From Anthoceros angustus (Eukaryota > Plantae > Anthocerotophyta): a stretch of 64,000 bases of DNA. Shown piece after piece: positions 1 to 12,649 of this stretch (within the stretch, counting starts at the first letter, position 1; each line of letters starts with the position of its first letter). Position numbers and translations under genes: made by a program. The stretch is from contig VJWM01000044.1 in the NCBI GenBank assembly GCA_010909165.1, positions 2,046,001-2,110,000 on the forward strand, in the 5' to 3' direction. Under the pieces are notes generated by a model. It did no database searches, was not told the origin of the DNA, and worked only from the letters and a program-made list of their open reading frames with translations.

Positions 1-3000
1 AAGACGATCGCTCCGATCCAATGGCAACAGGCAATAGCAATGGCTACGGCGATGAAAAGCCGAGCACTCCTCCTCCCCTCCAACGAGCTAGCTCAGAATG
101 AAACAATCACTCTCCTTCTTGCGTGCAAGCAAGCAACCTCCTCCGTTCCCTCGCCTCCCCTCCTCCCGTCCACGGACTAGAGACAAACCAGAGCTCCACC
201 GAAATAGGCTCCCAGGTGCACTCCCGAGTCCGGACCTCGAGGTCTGGTCTCGACTCGAGTCCGGACCTCGAGGTCAGTCTCGACTCGGTCCGGACCTCGA
301 GGTCAGTCTCGACTCGGTCCGGACCTCGGGGTCGGTCTCGACTCGGTCCGGACCTCGGGGTCGGTCTCGACTCGAGTCCGGACCTCGGTCGGTCTCGACT
401 CCGGTCCGGACCTCGAGTCCGGTCTCGACTCGAGTCCGGACCTCGGTCCGGTCTCGACTCGGTCGGACCTCGGGGTCAGTCTCCTCTCCGTCCGGCTCAG
501 ACGCCTCTGAGTTCCGGCCACACGCTCGGCCTGGTCTGACGTGGGCCGCCTCGACGAGCAAGGGTCCCTAGTCGCTCTTCCCTGCACACACCACCACCGT
601 TAGGGTCCGTCACCGGGACCTTGATCGCCTCCGAGTCCGGACCTCGGTCCGGTCTCGGGACTCGCGTTAACAAGAAGGCACGCAAGCTGCAAGAAGACGC
701 AGCATCAACACCAAGAGAAAGATACTTTACTTAGAGCCATTTCTTATACTACGCCAAGGTGGCGTCATTATTACCCTATTCGGTGATGGCCAGCTGGTGC
801 CTAATCACCGCCTACTATTTCCCTTATTCCCCTATCTACGTCGGTGGTGGGGTGGGTTGCCACGATTCCGCCTCGGCACTGTGGCCCAATTCCGCTTGAC
901 GGCGCGCACCCAATCGGATGATCCGCGAGGCGGACCCCTTCCTTCCCTTCTCAGTTACACATGGCCCCGACGACCGCGGTCACCACGATGCCTTCCTCCC
1001 GGCCCCGAGTGGGTCCCTCTCGGTAGGGCCACCGACCTTGTTGCTCTGTAAGCCTGGAGGCTCCTCGCCTCCCGAGTCCTGACCCTGGGTCCGGTCCTCG
1101 ACTGAGTCCGGACCTCGAGGTCCGGCTCGACTGGAGTCGGACCTGGTCCGGTCTCGACTCTGAGTCGGACCTGGTCCGGACCTCGACTCGAGTCCGACTC
1201 CGAGTCCGGACCTGGGTCCGGCCTCGACTCCGAGTCCGGACCTGTGGTCCGGTCTCGACCTCGAGTCCGGACCTGGTCCGGCTCGACTCGAGTCCGGACC
1301 TCGTGGTCCGGCCTCGACTCCGAGTCCTGGACCTCGGTCCGGTTCCGCTCCACGCCGATCTCCTCGCATCCATCCACGCAATGCCCGCCTCCGCAGCCTC
1401 GTGGTGTCCATCCCAGTTACCAAACCCGCAACAAAATGAGCTCAAAGCAAGTAACCCAAAGCCAAAACCCCGCGCCTAAATCACACACACAAAGCTCCCG
1501 TCACTGCCCCCACCTTAACAAACAAGACCAAATGTAATCTTTCTCCAACAACCAAGACGATACGCTCCGATCCAATGGCAGCAAAGTGCAATAGCAATGG
1601 CCATGAAAGAAAAGCCACAGGCACTCCTCCCCTCCAACGAGCTAGCTCTAATGAAACAATCACTCTCCTTCTTGCGTAAGCAAGCAACCTCCCTGCTCGC
1701 CTCCCCTCCTCCTCCCGTCCACGGACTAGAGACAAACCAGAGCTTACTCGAAATAGGCTCCCAGGTGCACTCCGAGTCCGGACCTGGGGTCGGTCTCGAC
1801 TCCGAGTCGGACCTCGTGGTCCGGCCTCGACTCCGAGTCCTGACCTGGTCCGGCTCGACCGAGTCCGGACCTCGTGGTCGGTCTCGACTCCGGTCCGGAC
1901 CTCGGTCCGGACCTCGGGGTCGGTCTCGACTCCGGTCCGGACCTCGGGGTCAGTCTCGACTCGGTCGGACCTCGAGGTCCGGTCTCGACTCGAGTCCGGA
2001 CCTCGGGTCCGGTCGACTGAGTCCGGACCTCGGGTCCGGTCGACTGAGTCCGGACCTCGAGTCCGGACCTGTGGTCCGGCTCGACCCCGAGTCCTGGACC
2101 TGTGGTCCGGTCTCGACTCGAGTCCGGACCTCGGTCGACCCCGAGTCGGACCTGTGGTCCGGTCTCGACTCCGAGTCCGGACCTCGTGGTCCGGCCCGCT
2201 CCACGCCGATCTCCCTCGGATCCATCCACGCAATGCCCGCCTCCATGGCCCTCGGTGGTGTCCATCACATGACCCGCAACAAAATGAGCTCAAAGCAAGT
2301 AACCCAAAGCCAAAACCCCGGCGTCTAAATCACACACAAAGCTCTCCCCTGGTGGCCCCCACCTTAACAAACAAGACCAGCCAATCTCTCCAACAACCAA
2401 GACGATACGCTCCGATCCAATGGCAGCGGCAATAGCAATGGCTACGGCGATGAAAAGCCAGGCACTCCTCCTCCCCTCCAGCTGGCTCGAATGGGCGTCA
2501 CTCTCCTTCTTGCGTGCAAGCAAGCAACCTCCTCCGTTCCCTCGCCTCCCCTCCTCCCGTCCACGGACTAGAGACAAACCAGAGCTCCGGCTGAAATAGG
2601 CTCCCCGAGGTGCACTCGGTCCGGACCTCGAGGTCGGTCTCGACTCAGTCCGGACCTCGGGGTCAGTCTCGACTCCGGTCCGGACCTCGGTCAGTCTCGA
2701 CTCGGTCCGGACCTCGAGTCGGTCTCGACTCCGGTCCGGACCTGGGGTCGGTCTCGACTCGGTCCGGACCTCGGTCGGTCTCGACTCGGTCCGGACCTCG
2801 AGTCCGGTCTCGACTCGGTCCGGACCTCGAGTCCGGTCTCGACTCGGTCCGGACCTCAGGGTCCGGTCTCCTCTCCGAAGTCCGGACCCTGATCCGGTCT
2901 CCTCTCTGGGGTCCGGTCTTCTAGACCCGCCCTCCCCTCGGCGCCCGGACACGAGGTCCGGTCTTGGACCGGCCCTCCCCTCGGCGCCGGACTGAGGGTC

Positions 3001-3100
3001 CGGTCTTGGACCGGCCCTCCTCAGGCGCCGGACTGAGGGTCCGGTCTGACCAGCCCTCCCCTCTGGCGCCCGGACCTGAGGGTCCGGTCTTGTCATTAGA
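1..3100. repeat. Compound tandem repeat: ~845-bp macro-units each containing an array of ~27-32 bp quasi-palindromic units
   Basis: The head sequence AAGACGAT(A)CGCTCCGATCCAATGGCA... recurs at 1, 1554 and 2399, and a tail (GCCGATCTCC...CCAACAACC) recurs at ~1353 and ~2205. Arrays of approx CGAGTCCGGACCTCGNGGTCCGGTCTCGACTC lie at ~225-478, ~1070-1345, ~1771-2195 and ~2612-2900. Confidence 0.9.
2911..3092. repeat. 41-45 bp tandem array derived from the palindromic unit
   Basis: GTCCGGTCT recurs at 2911, 2956, 2998, 3039 and 3082, separated by GGACCGGCCCTCCCCTCGGCGCCGGACTGAG-like sequence. Confidence 0.85.
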
Positions 3101-5030
3101 GTCTGGACCTCAGAGTCCAGACTTTCTTTAGGAGGCCGGACAAGGTCCGGACTCGCGCCAGGTTTTCCCCTTGGTGGACTTCTCGATGGTTCGCCCAGGC
3201 CCCGTGATTCCGGGTTGCAGTCGCCTTCCCGGCCTCCAGGCCCTCCTCCCTTCTCCGTGAGGTGCGGAGGCGCTTACCTCAGGCGCGGCAACCTTCCTTC
3301 GCCTGCTCTTCGGTGCTCCGCCTCGCCCCGCTCTTTGCCGTCGTCATCAAGCAGGCGCTCCTAAGGTCCGTGGTGTCGTCCGAACCTTCCTCCCTTGCTC
3401 CTCCTTGACTCTTGGAAGCTCGCCCCTCAGTGGATGCCACAAGGGCCGCAGAGGGAGGAAGCAGGCGTGAATTGAATGGCGAGGAGGTTGGAGGCAGGGG
3501 CTCGGAGGACTCCGATGGTAATAGCATAATGAGGTTGCCCTTTGGTTGCGGATGGGATTGACAACAATGCTAGCTGCATGATGGGTTGGGGTTGCGTCTT
3601 GAAGGCGTGGGCGAGGCCATACCGAATCATCTATGATTCGGATGGTACCGTCCCGCATCGTACTGATGTGGAGCCCGTCGAAGATTGAGCGTTGTTTGGG
3701 AGGCGCAAGCTGCGGGAGGAGGCGGCCACTCTGAGCAGAGTTGGCCGAGCTCATTGTGGAGCCGGAGCCGGGGTTTGGGCTAAGAAGAAGAGGGTGCCAC
3801 CGCTGGCGGCAAACCCAAGCCAGACGAAGTGGCAGGGGGAAGATGGATGGGGCGAGGCGGAGGTGCGAACTCCGTGTCCGGCCATGAGAGCCGGTGAGTA
3901 CCAAGAATGGGGAGCACATCCCCAAGGCGACCTTCAGAGCCTGCGCCCCGAGTTTGGGGCATTATGGCGACCACTCGATCATCGTTGATTGCTATGGCCA
4001 CTGGAGGTCGTGGACAAGGTGCGCGACCTTAGGTTGCGCCGACCGAGGTGGAGGGCATGATGGAGAGGATGCCCCAAGTGCCCCTAACATGCGTGTGTGG
4101 AAGCCCGAGTGCTGCGTTCATGGATATCATGAACGTGGCGTTGCCAGCATCCATGTCACGAAGGAGCTGCACCCAGACCCTCTCCCTCCTGCTAGCCCTG
4201 CCCACCTCTCCCCTTTCCCCCGCACCCAGCCTTTTCATTTCATGCAGGGGATGCCGTTTGCTCCACCTCCATCCCCAATTCCACAGGCGCAGGCGGCGGC
4301 ACCTCGCCATGGTATGCCACAGCCGGCAACAGTTGCCTCTTCCCCGTTGCGGGCTCCTCCCCCTCAGGCTGCGCCGAGGCAGCCACCGAGCTCGGAAGCG
4401 GAGGGGCCACGGACTGGGGCACAAGAGGATGGAGGCCCTGCTCTACGACTCTTTCCAGATTGAGCGGAGCAGGTTGTAGGAGTTTTTGTAGGTAGGTGTT
4501 TTGAGACCTCCCACCATGAGGTGGGAGTGCGAACTTGAACATGTGGTTTTTGTGGCTGCAATTGTGCAAGCATGAGTGACTGCGCACAAGTGTTACTTTT
4601 CGGTTTGTTTTGTTGCTTCAAGATTGTGTTCCACGGCTCGTTCTAGGGATTCCAGATCCTAATGACACAACTACACTGTAATCACTATCAAGGCACATCA
4701 TTGTGACCTGCAAAATTTCGCAGACGCCAACAGACGTTGCACTTGAGATTCACAGGCGCCACCTTTCCCGTCTGAGGCAGTGAATGGTGCATCACAAGAC
4801 TCGGTTCCTTCGATTCGAGCACATGACCATGTCATCGGCGAAATCCTTCTGACGTTGCCTGAAAAGCAAGACCCTTGCACAATGTGAGTCCTGGCTGCCA
4901 CACTGCACAAAAATCGAGAAACAAAGGTGCAACACGGTAAGGAAACAACACGGAGCTGCATGAATACCGGTGTCACTTGAAGATGTTGTGTGTGTGAGTG
5001 TCGAATTTCCTTCATTTGCCGAGGTTGTAT

Positions 5031-7435
5031 CACTACTAGGAAAACGTGTCCTTTACTACGGAATTTACTATGGACATTACTACAAAATTACTACACTTGT
5101 AGTAAAATGCCCGTTGTTAACACATAGCGTTAATTTCCGTGGTAATGTCTTCAAACCGTATACCATGGCTATATACCGTATTCGTATGTGACATACATAC
5201 GATGTACTTTACGGAGTTGACCGTACATGAGTTAGGGTTTTACTACAGTTCACTTTACAACAACAATTATTACAGTGATCTACAACGACATTTACAACAA
5301 CTGTAATCATGGTTAATAAAATATGGTTAAGTAACCAATGTGAATTAACTCAAGTTTATTAACTGAAGTTAAATAACTATGGTTTATAAACCATAGTTAT
5401 GTAACCATGGTTAGGTTAATCGAGCTAGAATTATAACGGGCCGTTGTAAAACACAGCTGCAAAATAAGGCGTAGTAAAAATCAAGTAAACAGGACCGTAG
5501 TAAAGTAAAACGGATTTATATTCTTTGTAGTAAAGTGCACTCTGTAGTAAAATGAAGGGGTGCTAGGCGGGTGTGTGGGTTATAATCTTTCGGTGATTGC
5601 ACCTACATCCTACAATATATTAGACTCCAGCCCCTACATGCTACAGGGCATCTAAAATTTTCTCCACCCAAAGACCTCAACTCAAAGACGTGCCCCAAAG
5701 GTTTGCCACCGCCAAAAAGAAAACCACAAACTTAAATCGGTTTAAGTTCACGAACTTCGAGCTATCACAAAATAGACACAATAGTCCCGGACAACGACCT
5801 AACCGTAATCATGCTCAAGCATCCTCGCTTGTCTTGCAACTTTGCGGGAAGATAATGCCCCACCATCCACCGTCATCTATGACATTACGCTTTAAGATGG
5901 CCTCCATGACCTTCTCATCGCACTCCTTGATGGAATAGCCTGCATCCTTCAACAAGGTCCACACATTAATCGCCTTGTCCTTCTCGCCTTTGAGTCCACT
6001 TGCGGACCCAAAGCTGGAGTTCTAGTTCAGCATCCAAAACTCTTTCAACTTTGTAAGCCAAGCCCCATGATTGGTGCCAACGTGATTTCATCCATGGTTG
6101 GGTCTCGCAAACTTCCTCTAAACTGTCAAGAAACCCCTTCGCCATATCCAAAACATGCATAGCTATTACTTCCCACCTCCTTGCTCCTCCTCATGGCGGC
6201 TTTTCGGCTTGGGGCAACAACTCCATCCATCTTGTCTTGCTCCTCTTTCAAAAGGCCTCCCAAGACTCTTGCTTCACACTCTTTGGGACATACTTGGGTG
6301 CGCTTTTGTCCTTGCAAGAAATAACGGGCTTCCTTCCTAACATTGTTCCTCCAAAACTTGATTAGGGTTCAAATTGCAAGACAATCGTCAAAGACCATGG
6401 ACCACTCAAAGTGCACGATACATGTCTCAACATGAAGCACACACGCTTGATTTGCTTCCAAAAGGGATGTATGAGAGGATTGCGAGAGGCGGGTTGCAAA
6501 ATGCACTCTGTCCTTCATGGGCAAAAGGAGGGACGATCCACGAAGATGTACAGCACCGACAGATGTTTAGTGCATAGCCTCCAAATATGGCATAAACGAT
6601 GCCCTTGGCCTCCAAATCGCATTAGATCTCGGCACGAAATTTCGCACAGAATTTCATCTTTGCATTCGGCCTCAAAACATCTGCACAGCCCCTACATCTC
6701 GACGACATTTCGTGCCCGAAATTTCATCTTCTTGGCACATTTCGAGCTACAAAACTAAAATGCCATCAAACATTGAACAGCTTACGAAGGATGGATGTGG
6801 GCAGCAAACGCCGTGATGGACATCGTGCACCCTTTTCCTCTTGGGCCCCTAGAGCACTTTATGTCCAAATCTCGACATTCCATTGGAATGATATCGATCT
6901 TCCTCGATCACAAGATCATGAGGAAGATCGTCTTCTCTCTCCTCAGTATAGCAACTTTGCTTGCTCGCTCGCCACCCTCCAAGTCTGCTCGACTAGTTGA
7001 AGATGAGCAATTTGTTTGATCGGAAGGGTGTCCTACAGCTTTAGGAGGGATGTTTGAGCTCCTTCTCTGCACTCTTCACATGCTTCACAAAATTAGACCA
7101 CAGATGTTGTCTTCGTCGGTACCATGTTGATAGCTTCAAGCTTCTTAACGTTCTCCTGCGGGTTCAAAAGCGGTCGTTCTCTTCAACTTCTACCAATAGT
7201 GCATCATGGTTACCGCTAAGGTAACGTCGTCAACGTCAGCATGTATGGCTCATGGCGGGTTTGGGCGGAAGGACCTTGGTGCACTCTGGATGTATTTGCG
7301 TGCGTGCATTGTCCCCAACCACCTCCTCTGCGGCATCTGCGGCTTGTGCATCGATCCAGAGCCCCTTCTATAGGAGGCGATAGGCAGGCGTCCCCAACGG
7401 CCCGGGAGTGATCTTGGTCGCCGCTTTTGCCTTCA
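5031..7435. mobile_element. Duplicated left portion of the CACTA element
   Basis: TAT followed by CACTACTAGGAAAACGTGTCCTTTACTAC at 5031, subterminal TTTACTAC/GTAGTAAA motifs, no matching right end of its own. Confidence 0.8.
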
Positions 7436-7704
7436 CAGGCGCCACCTTTCCCGTCTCGAGGCGTTGAATGGTGCATCACAAGACCGGGTTCCTTCGCTGC
7501 CGAGCCTGTATGACCATGTCATCGGCGAAATCCTTCCTCGTTGCAAGACCCTTGCACAATGTGAGTCCTGGCTGCCACACTGCACAAAAATCGAGAAACA
7601 AAGGTGCAACACGGTAAGGAAACAACACGGAGTGCATGAATACGGTGTCACTTGAAGATGTTGTGTGTGTGAGTGTGAATTTCCTTCATTTGCCGAGGTT
7701 GTAT

Positions 7705-8230
7705 CACTACTAGGAAAACGTGTCCTTTACTGAATTTACTATGGACATTACTACAAAATTACTACACTTGTAGTAAAATGCCCGTTGTTAACACATAGCG
7801 TTAATTTCCGTGGTAATGTCTTCAAACCGTATACCATGGCTATATACCGTATTCGTATGTGACATACATACGATGTACTTTCTGAGTTGACCGTGACATG
7901 AGTTAGGGTTTAACTACGCTTCACTTTACAACAACAATTACTACAAAGGATCTACAACGACATTTACAACAATCGTAATCATGGTTAATAAAATATGGTT
8001 AAGTAACCAATGTGAATTAACTCAAGTTTATTAACGAAGTTAAATAATGGTTTATAAACCATAGTTATGTAACCATGGTTAGGTTAATCAGCAATCAGAG
8101 TTATAACGGGCCGTTGTAAAACACCGGCTGCAAAATAAGGCGCGTAGTAAAATCAAGTAAACAGGACCGTAGTAAAGTAAAACGGATTTATATTGTCGTA
8201 GTAAAGTGCACTGTTGTAGTAAAATGAAGG
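7705..8230. repeat. CACTA left subterminal repeats (TTTACTAC/TTTACAAC and reverse complement)
   Basis: Many TTACTAC, TTTACAAC, GTAGTAAA and GTTGTAAA motifs in both orientations, as expected for TnpA-binding subterminal regions. Confidence 0.75.
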
Positions 8231-8499
8231 GGTGCTAGGCGGGTGTGTGGGTTATGGGGTAATCAATTGGTGATTGCACCTACATCCTACAATATATTAG
8301 ACTCCCCTACATGCTACACGGGCATCTAAAATTTTCCACCCAAAGACCTCAACTCAAAGACGTGCCCCAAAGGTTTGCCACCGCCAAAAAGAAAACCACA
8401 AACTTAAATCGGTTTAAGTTCACGAACTTCGTGCTATCACAAAATAGACACAATAGTCCCGGACAACGACCTAACGAATCATGCTCAAGCATCCTCGCC

Positions 8500-10700
8500 T
8501 TGTCTTGCAACTTTATGGGAAGATAATGCCCCACCATCCACCGTCATCTATGACATTCTCGCTTTAGGATGGCCTCCATGACCTTCTCATCGCACTCCTT
8601 GATGGAATAGCCTGCATCCTTCAACAAGGTCCACACATTAATCGCCTTGTCCTTTGCCCCTTTGAGTCCACTTGCACCCAAAGCTGGAGTTCTAGTTCGC
8701 ATCGCATCCAAAACTCTTTCAACTTTGTAAGCCAAGCCCCATGATTGGTGCCAACAGATTGATTTCATCCATGGTTGGGTCTCTAAACTTCCTCTAAACT
8801 GCCAAGAAACCCCTTCGCCCCATATCCAAAACATGCATAGCTATTACTTCCCACCTCCTTGCTCCTCCTCATGGCGGCTCTTTGGCAACAACTCCATCCA
8901 TCTTGTCTTGCTCCTCTTTCAAAAGGCCTCCCAAGATTTGCTTCACACTCTTTGGGACATACTTGGGTGCGCTTTTGTCCTTGCAAGAAATAACGGGCTT
9001 CCTTCCTAACATTGTTCCTCCAAAACTTGATTAGGGTTCAAATTGCAAGACAGTCAAAAAGACCATGGACCACTCAAAGTCCGCTCGATACATGTCTCAA
9101 CATGAAGCACACACGCCGCTTTGCTTCCAAAAGGGATGTATGAGAGGATTGCAGAGAGCGGTTGCAAAATGCACTCCTTCATGGGCAAAAGGAGGGACGC
9201 AAAAGATGTAGCTGCATACGCACAGAAAAGATGTTTAGTGCATAGCCTCCAAATATGGCATAAACGATGCCCTTGCCTCCAAATCGCATTAGATCTCCCG
9301 AAATCATCAGAATTTCGCAGAAGAAATTCTGTGCCTCCAAAATTTCATCTGGGGCCTGAAATTTCAGTGCCCCTACATGTCAGAGCTGACATTTCAGCTG
9401 AAATTTCATGCAGCTAAATTTACAAAACTAAAATGCCACCAAACATTGAAGACAAATACCAAGGATGGATGTGGGCAGCAAGCACCGTGATGGACATCGT
9501 GCACCCTTTTCCTCTTGGGCCCCTAGAGCACTTTATGTCCAAATCTCGACATTCCATTGGAATGATATCGATCTTCCTCACACAAGATCATGAGGAAGAT
9601 GCGTCGCTTCTCCTCGCAGTATAGCAACTTTGCTTGCTCGCTCGCCACCCTCCAAGTCCCTCGACTAGTTGAAGATGAAGTTTGGTGTCCTACAGCTTTA
9701 GGAGAGGCAGATTCTCTCCGCACTCTTCACATGCTTCACAAAATTAGACCACATGATGTTGTCTTCGTCAGTACCATGTTGATAGCTTCAAGCTTCTTAA
9801 CGCTGCGGTTCTCAAAAGCGAATTCGTTCTCTTCAACTTCTACCAATAGTGCATCATGGTTACCGCTAAGGTAACGCCGCCCAACGCGGCAGCATGGCTC
9901 ATGGCGGGTTTGGGCAAGGACCTTGGTGCACTCTGGATGTATTGCGGCCGGGCGCCTGCATTTGACTGCCCCAACCACCTCCTCTCAAAGATCTGCAGTG
10001 CATCCACAGAGCCCCTTCTATAGGAGCCGAGACGTCCCCAACGGCCCGAGGTGATCTTGGTCGCCGCTTTTGCCTTCACAGCGCCCTTCCTCGTCAAGTC
10101 TGAATCGCTCTCCATGATTTTATGGTGGTGTGAGCCCATGCCCGTTCTTCAAATATGGCGCACACTCATCCTTGTGAAATCGGCCTCTTCGTCGTCTTCA
10201 TCCTCTCCGAACATGCGGTGATGCCCTAGGCGGCCAGCTCGCGTTTTGGTCCTTCACCCGCTCGGGCGTAGATGGCGTCACGCGTTGTCTCCGGCCATCC
10301 GACCCTCCCACCCACGGAGGAACTTACCCTTAACTTGCCCACCGCTTTCCCTCCCTCTTGTTCCATTGCGTCGGAAGCCTTGAGAGGCAAATCAAAGTCC
10401 TCCTCCTCCTTTCCCCGGCATCTTGACAGGCGAGACTTTGCCCAGCTCTTTTCACTGCCGCCACTTGCCCTTGAGCTCTCCGGTGTGTGAAAATTTGACC
10501 GCTTCGAGTTCCGTGAATTACGGTTGGGTCCGGCCTAGTCCGTCCACCGTGGCCTCCACAAAGATCTCGCTACTAATGCTGCCGCCAGCGCCGGGTCTCG
10601 AATCGGCTCGCTGCTTGAATCTTCCTCGTCGTTTTAGGCATCTACGACACAAGACTGGCTGTGATTCACGGGAGCTTTGGAAAGGTCAGCTTACAGATTG
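8500..10700 (-). pseudogene. Degenerate internal ORF of the CACTA element, product unrecognised
   Basis: Frameshifted minus-strand coding-like stretches such as NDEEDSSSEPIRDP, GNHDALLVEVEENEFAFENRSVKKLEAINMV and AINVWTLLKDAGYSIKECDEKVMEAILKR. A second copy lies at ~5820-7430. Family not identified. Confidence 0.4.
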
Positions 10701-11622
10701 GGCGGAGGAAAAAAAAGGAGAACATACCTCAACCTTAGCCGGTTTAGACCACGCTTGCTGATGTGTCCTCCATCGGCGCTGATCTGCGTAATTTTCAAAG
10801 TAGGGTTGTCACGGTGTGCTTGAAACCCCGGCGAGGTGGTAGAACAAGGGAGAAGAGAGGACGAACAGTCACATGGACTTCTCTCTGTTGTGGCGAGGCA
10901 ATACAAGTTTCATTTCGCGGGATGTATCATGGCGGGAAACCAACTCAAACTACACAGGGTTTATTATCCATTATTTACGGTCCATATATAGGCGTAAGTG
11001 TCCTTGGAGTTTGGTACCCAAGTTCACCATCCGACCCAAACTCGGCTTCAAAGCCCAAGGAGTCATTATTTGATTTTTCGAAGTCCATGGAAAAGTTTTG
11101 CAATTTTCATGAGCCAAGGAAACCCATTTCATCGCGAGCCTATATATAGGCCATGTAATTGCTTTCTTTCACCCTAAGTCCAATCCGAGGCGTGAGTGTC
11201 CTTGGATTTTGGTGCCCATGGCAACTTCACCATCCGACCACCACGGCTCAAGCCCAAGGAAATGTTATTTGAATTTTCGATGGGTTTTGTTAACCATGGT
11301 TTTGTTAACCATGGTTCGTCAAACCATGGATTCACGAACTCAAAGTCCAAGGAAACTCGTCGACCCTAAAGTGTCCTGTCTCGACCACTTGAGAGCAAGA
11401 TCGGCACTTTCATCGATCGTGTTCGCACGCCGATCGATCCAAGCTCGAGCCACGCGTATGCGTAACGCTTTGCATTTGGGTGCACATGGCATGCGCCATT
11501 GGTCACACTTGGACACCATAGGGGCCCCGCCCATCCTCCTCGCCGATGCCGAGCCCAATTCCGAGTATTGCGCACACATTATCGGCAAGCGGTTTCGATG
11601 ATTAAGCAAGGATATTTTAACC

Positions 11623-11780
11623 AAACCCTAACTCAAGTTTTCCTTGGGCTTGGTGTAACCAAACCCTAACTCATGTTTCCCCATGGGTTATGGTGTACCC
11701 TAACCCTAACCCGAAAGCCAAGGAGACTTGGGTTTCCATGGCTATATATGCCTCCATGGCGGGATATGTAACTAGGGTTT
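11623..11780. promoter_or_regulatory. Telo-box cluster (AAACCCTAA) inside the CACTA element
   Basis: AAACCCTAA at 11623 and 11661, ACCCTAACCCTAACCC at ~11697, TAGGGTTT at 11773 and a TATATA near 11743. These lie upstream of the minus-strand internal ORF. Function is inferred. Confidence 0.35.
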
Positions 11781-12068
11781 ATGGTTTGACTGAAACGAAT
11801 CTTGTTGACCACTCCAGTTTTGCGCACACCATCCTGGCTCTCAGTTACCTATCACTTGTCTAAAGGCACGCGGGCATTTCATCTGTAATGCACGTCATTG
11901 AATCCACTCGCCGCGTGGCAGGCATCCATTGGTGCCAGATGGGCATAAATGGAGGCATTGCTTGTTTGGCACACTCGACTCGGCTTGGTTGCATGGTGCG
12001 TTTGGTCTTCCCAAGCCCGAATCCAGCCTTCTTATTCTCCTCCTAGATTTGCATGAAGCGCGCCTTAA

Positions 12069-12171
12069 GTTCTTCCTTGCCCTCGCGCCGAGAATTTTCT
12101 GTTGACGTGCTTCATGGTTCCGCTAATCGCTCCTCACAACGGCTTTCAAACGCGCGAGGGCAAGGAAGAAC
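12069..12171. repeat. Perfect 20-bp inverted repeat with a 63-nt loop
   Basis: GTTCTTCCTTGCCCTCGCGC (12069-12088) is the exact reverse complement of GCGCGAGGGCAAGGAAGAAC (12152-12171). Confidence 0.9.
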
Positions 12172-12649
12172 GGCTTCCCAATGGAGGAAATGGCCCCAAA
12201 GAATCCGGATGGCGGTGGGCGGAGTGCCTAGAGATTTATCGCGGACATGGGAGCAGCTGGTCGAATCGGAGGCTTCCGACCCACACGTCGATGAGGATGC
12301 ATCGCCGCGCCCCAATCTACGGAGGCCTTGGATTTCAAGAGGCGGGTAATGGAGATGGCGATGCTTCATGGAAATTATTGCCTCTCGGAGGCTCCATCGA
12401 GGCGCCCGGACCTAGGTTGTGGCTTCCTTGATTGGATTGAAGCACAACGACACTTTGCAAGTCTACTACAGGCTCGGCGATGTGGAGATGATCGAAGGAG
12501 GATTTTCAGCTTGTCCCGCTGTCGCAGCCCCTTTGTTCTCGTTTCTGGTCGCCTAGCCCAAGCCTTAAGCGATGTACCTTGTTACCTCGATTTTTCTTTT
12601 AGGGTAATAAGGCGTGGTTTATCATCAAAACCCATTCTAAATTAGTCTT

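Larger units (their letters stand above)
4755..10085. repeat. ~2.68-kb direct tandem duplication (4755-7435 / 7436-10085) of the CACTA left flank and left end
   Basis: The two halves are collinear, including CACTACTAGGAAAA at 5031 and 7705, and differ mainly by small indels. The junction is at TTCACAG (7432-7438), shared by the flank (~4752) and the element interior (~10075). Confidence 0.85.

Noticed and set aside
225-2900. CRISPR-like array of palindromic ~30-bp repeats
   Set aside because: The units abut without unique spacers, there are no cas genes, and the context is a spliced plant genome.
98-3096. Long Arg/Ser/Gly/Pro-rich ORFs on both strands
   Set aside because: They are open in most frames because the GC-rich repeat lacks stop codons.
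4508-4527. CTCCCACC-ATGA-GGTGGGAG hairpin as a Helitron 3' end
   Set aside because: No CTRR terminus at the expected distance on either strand.
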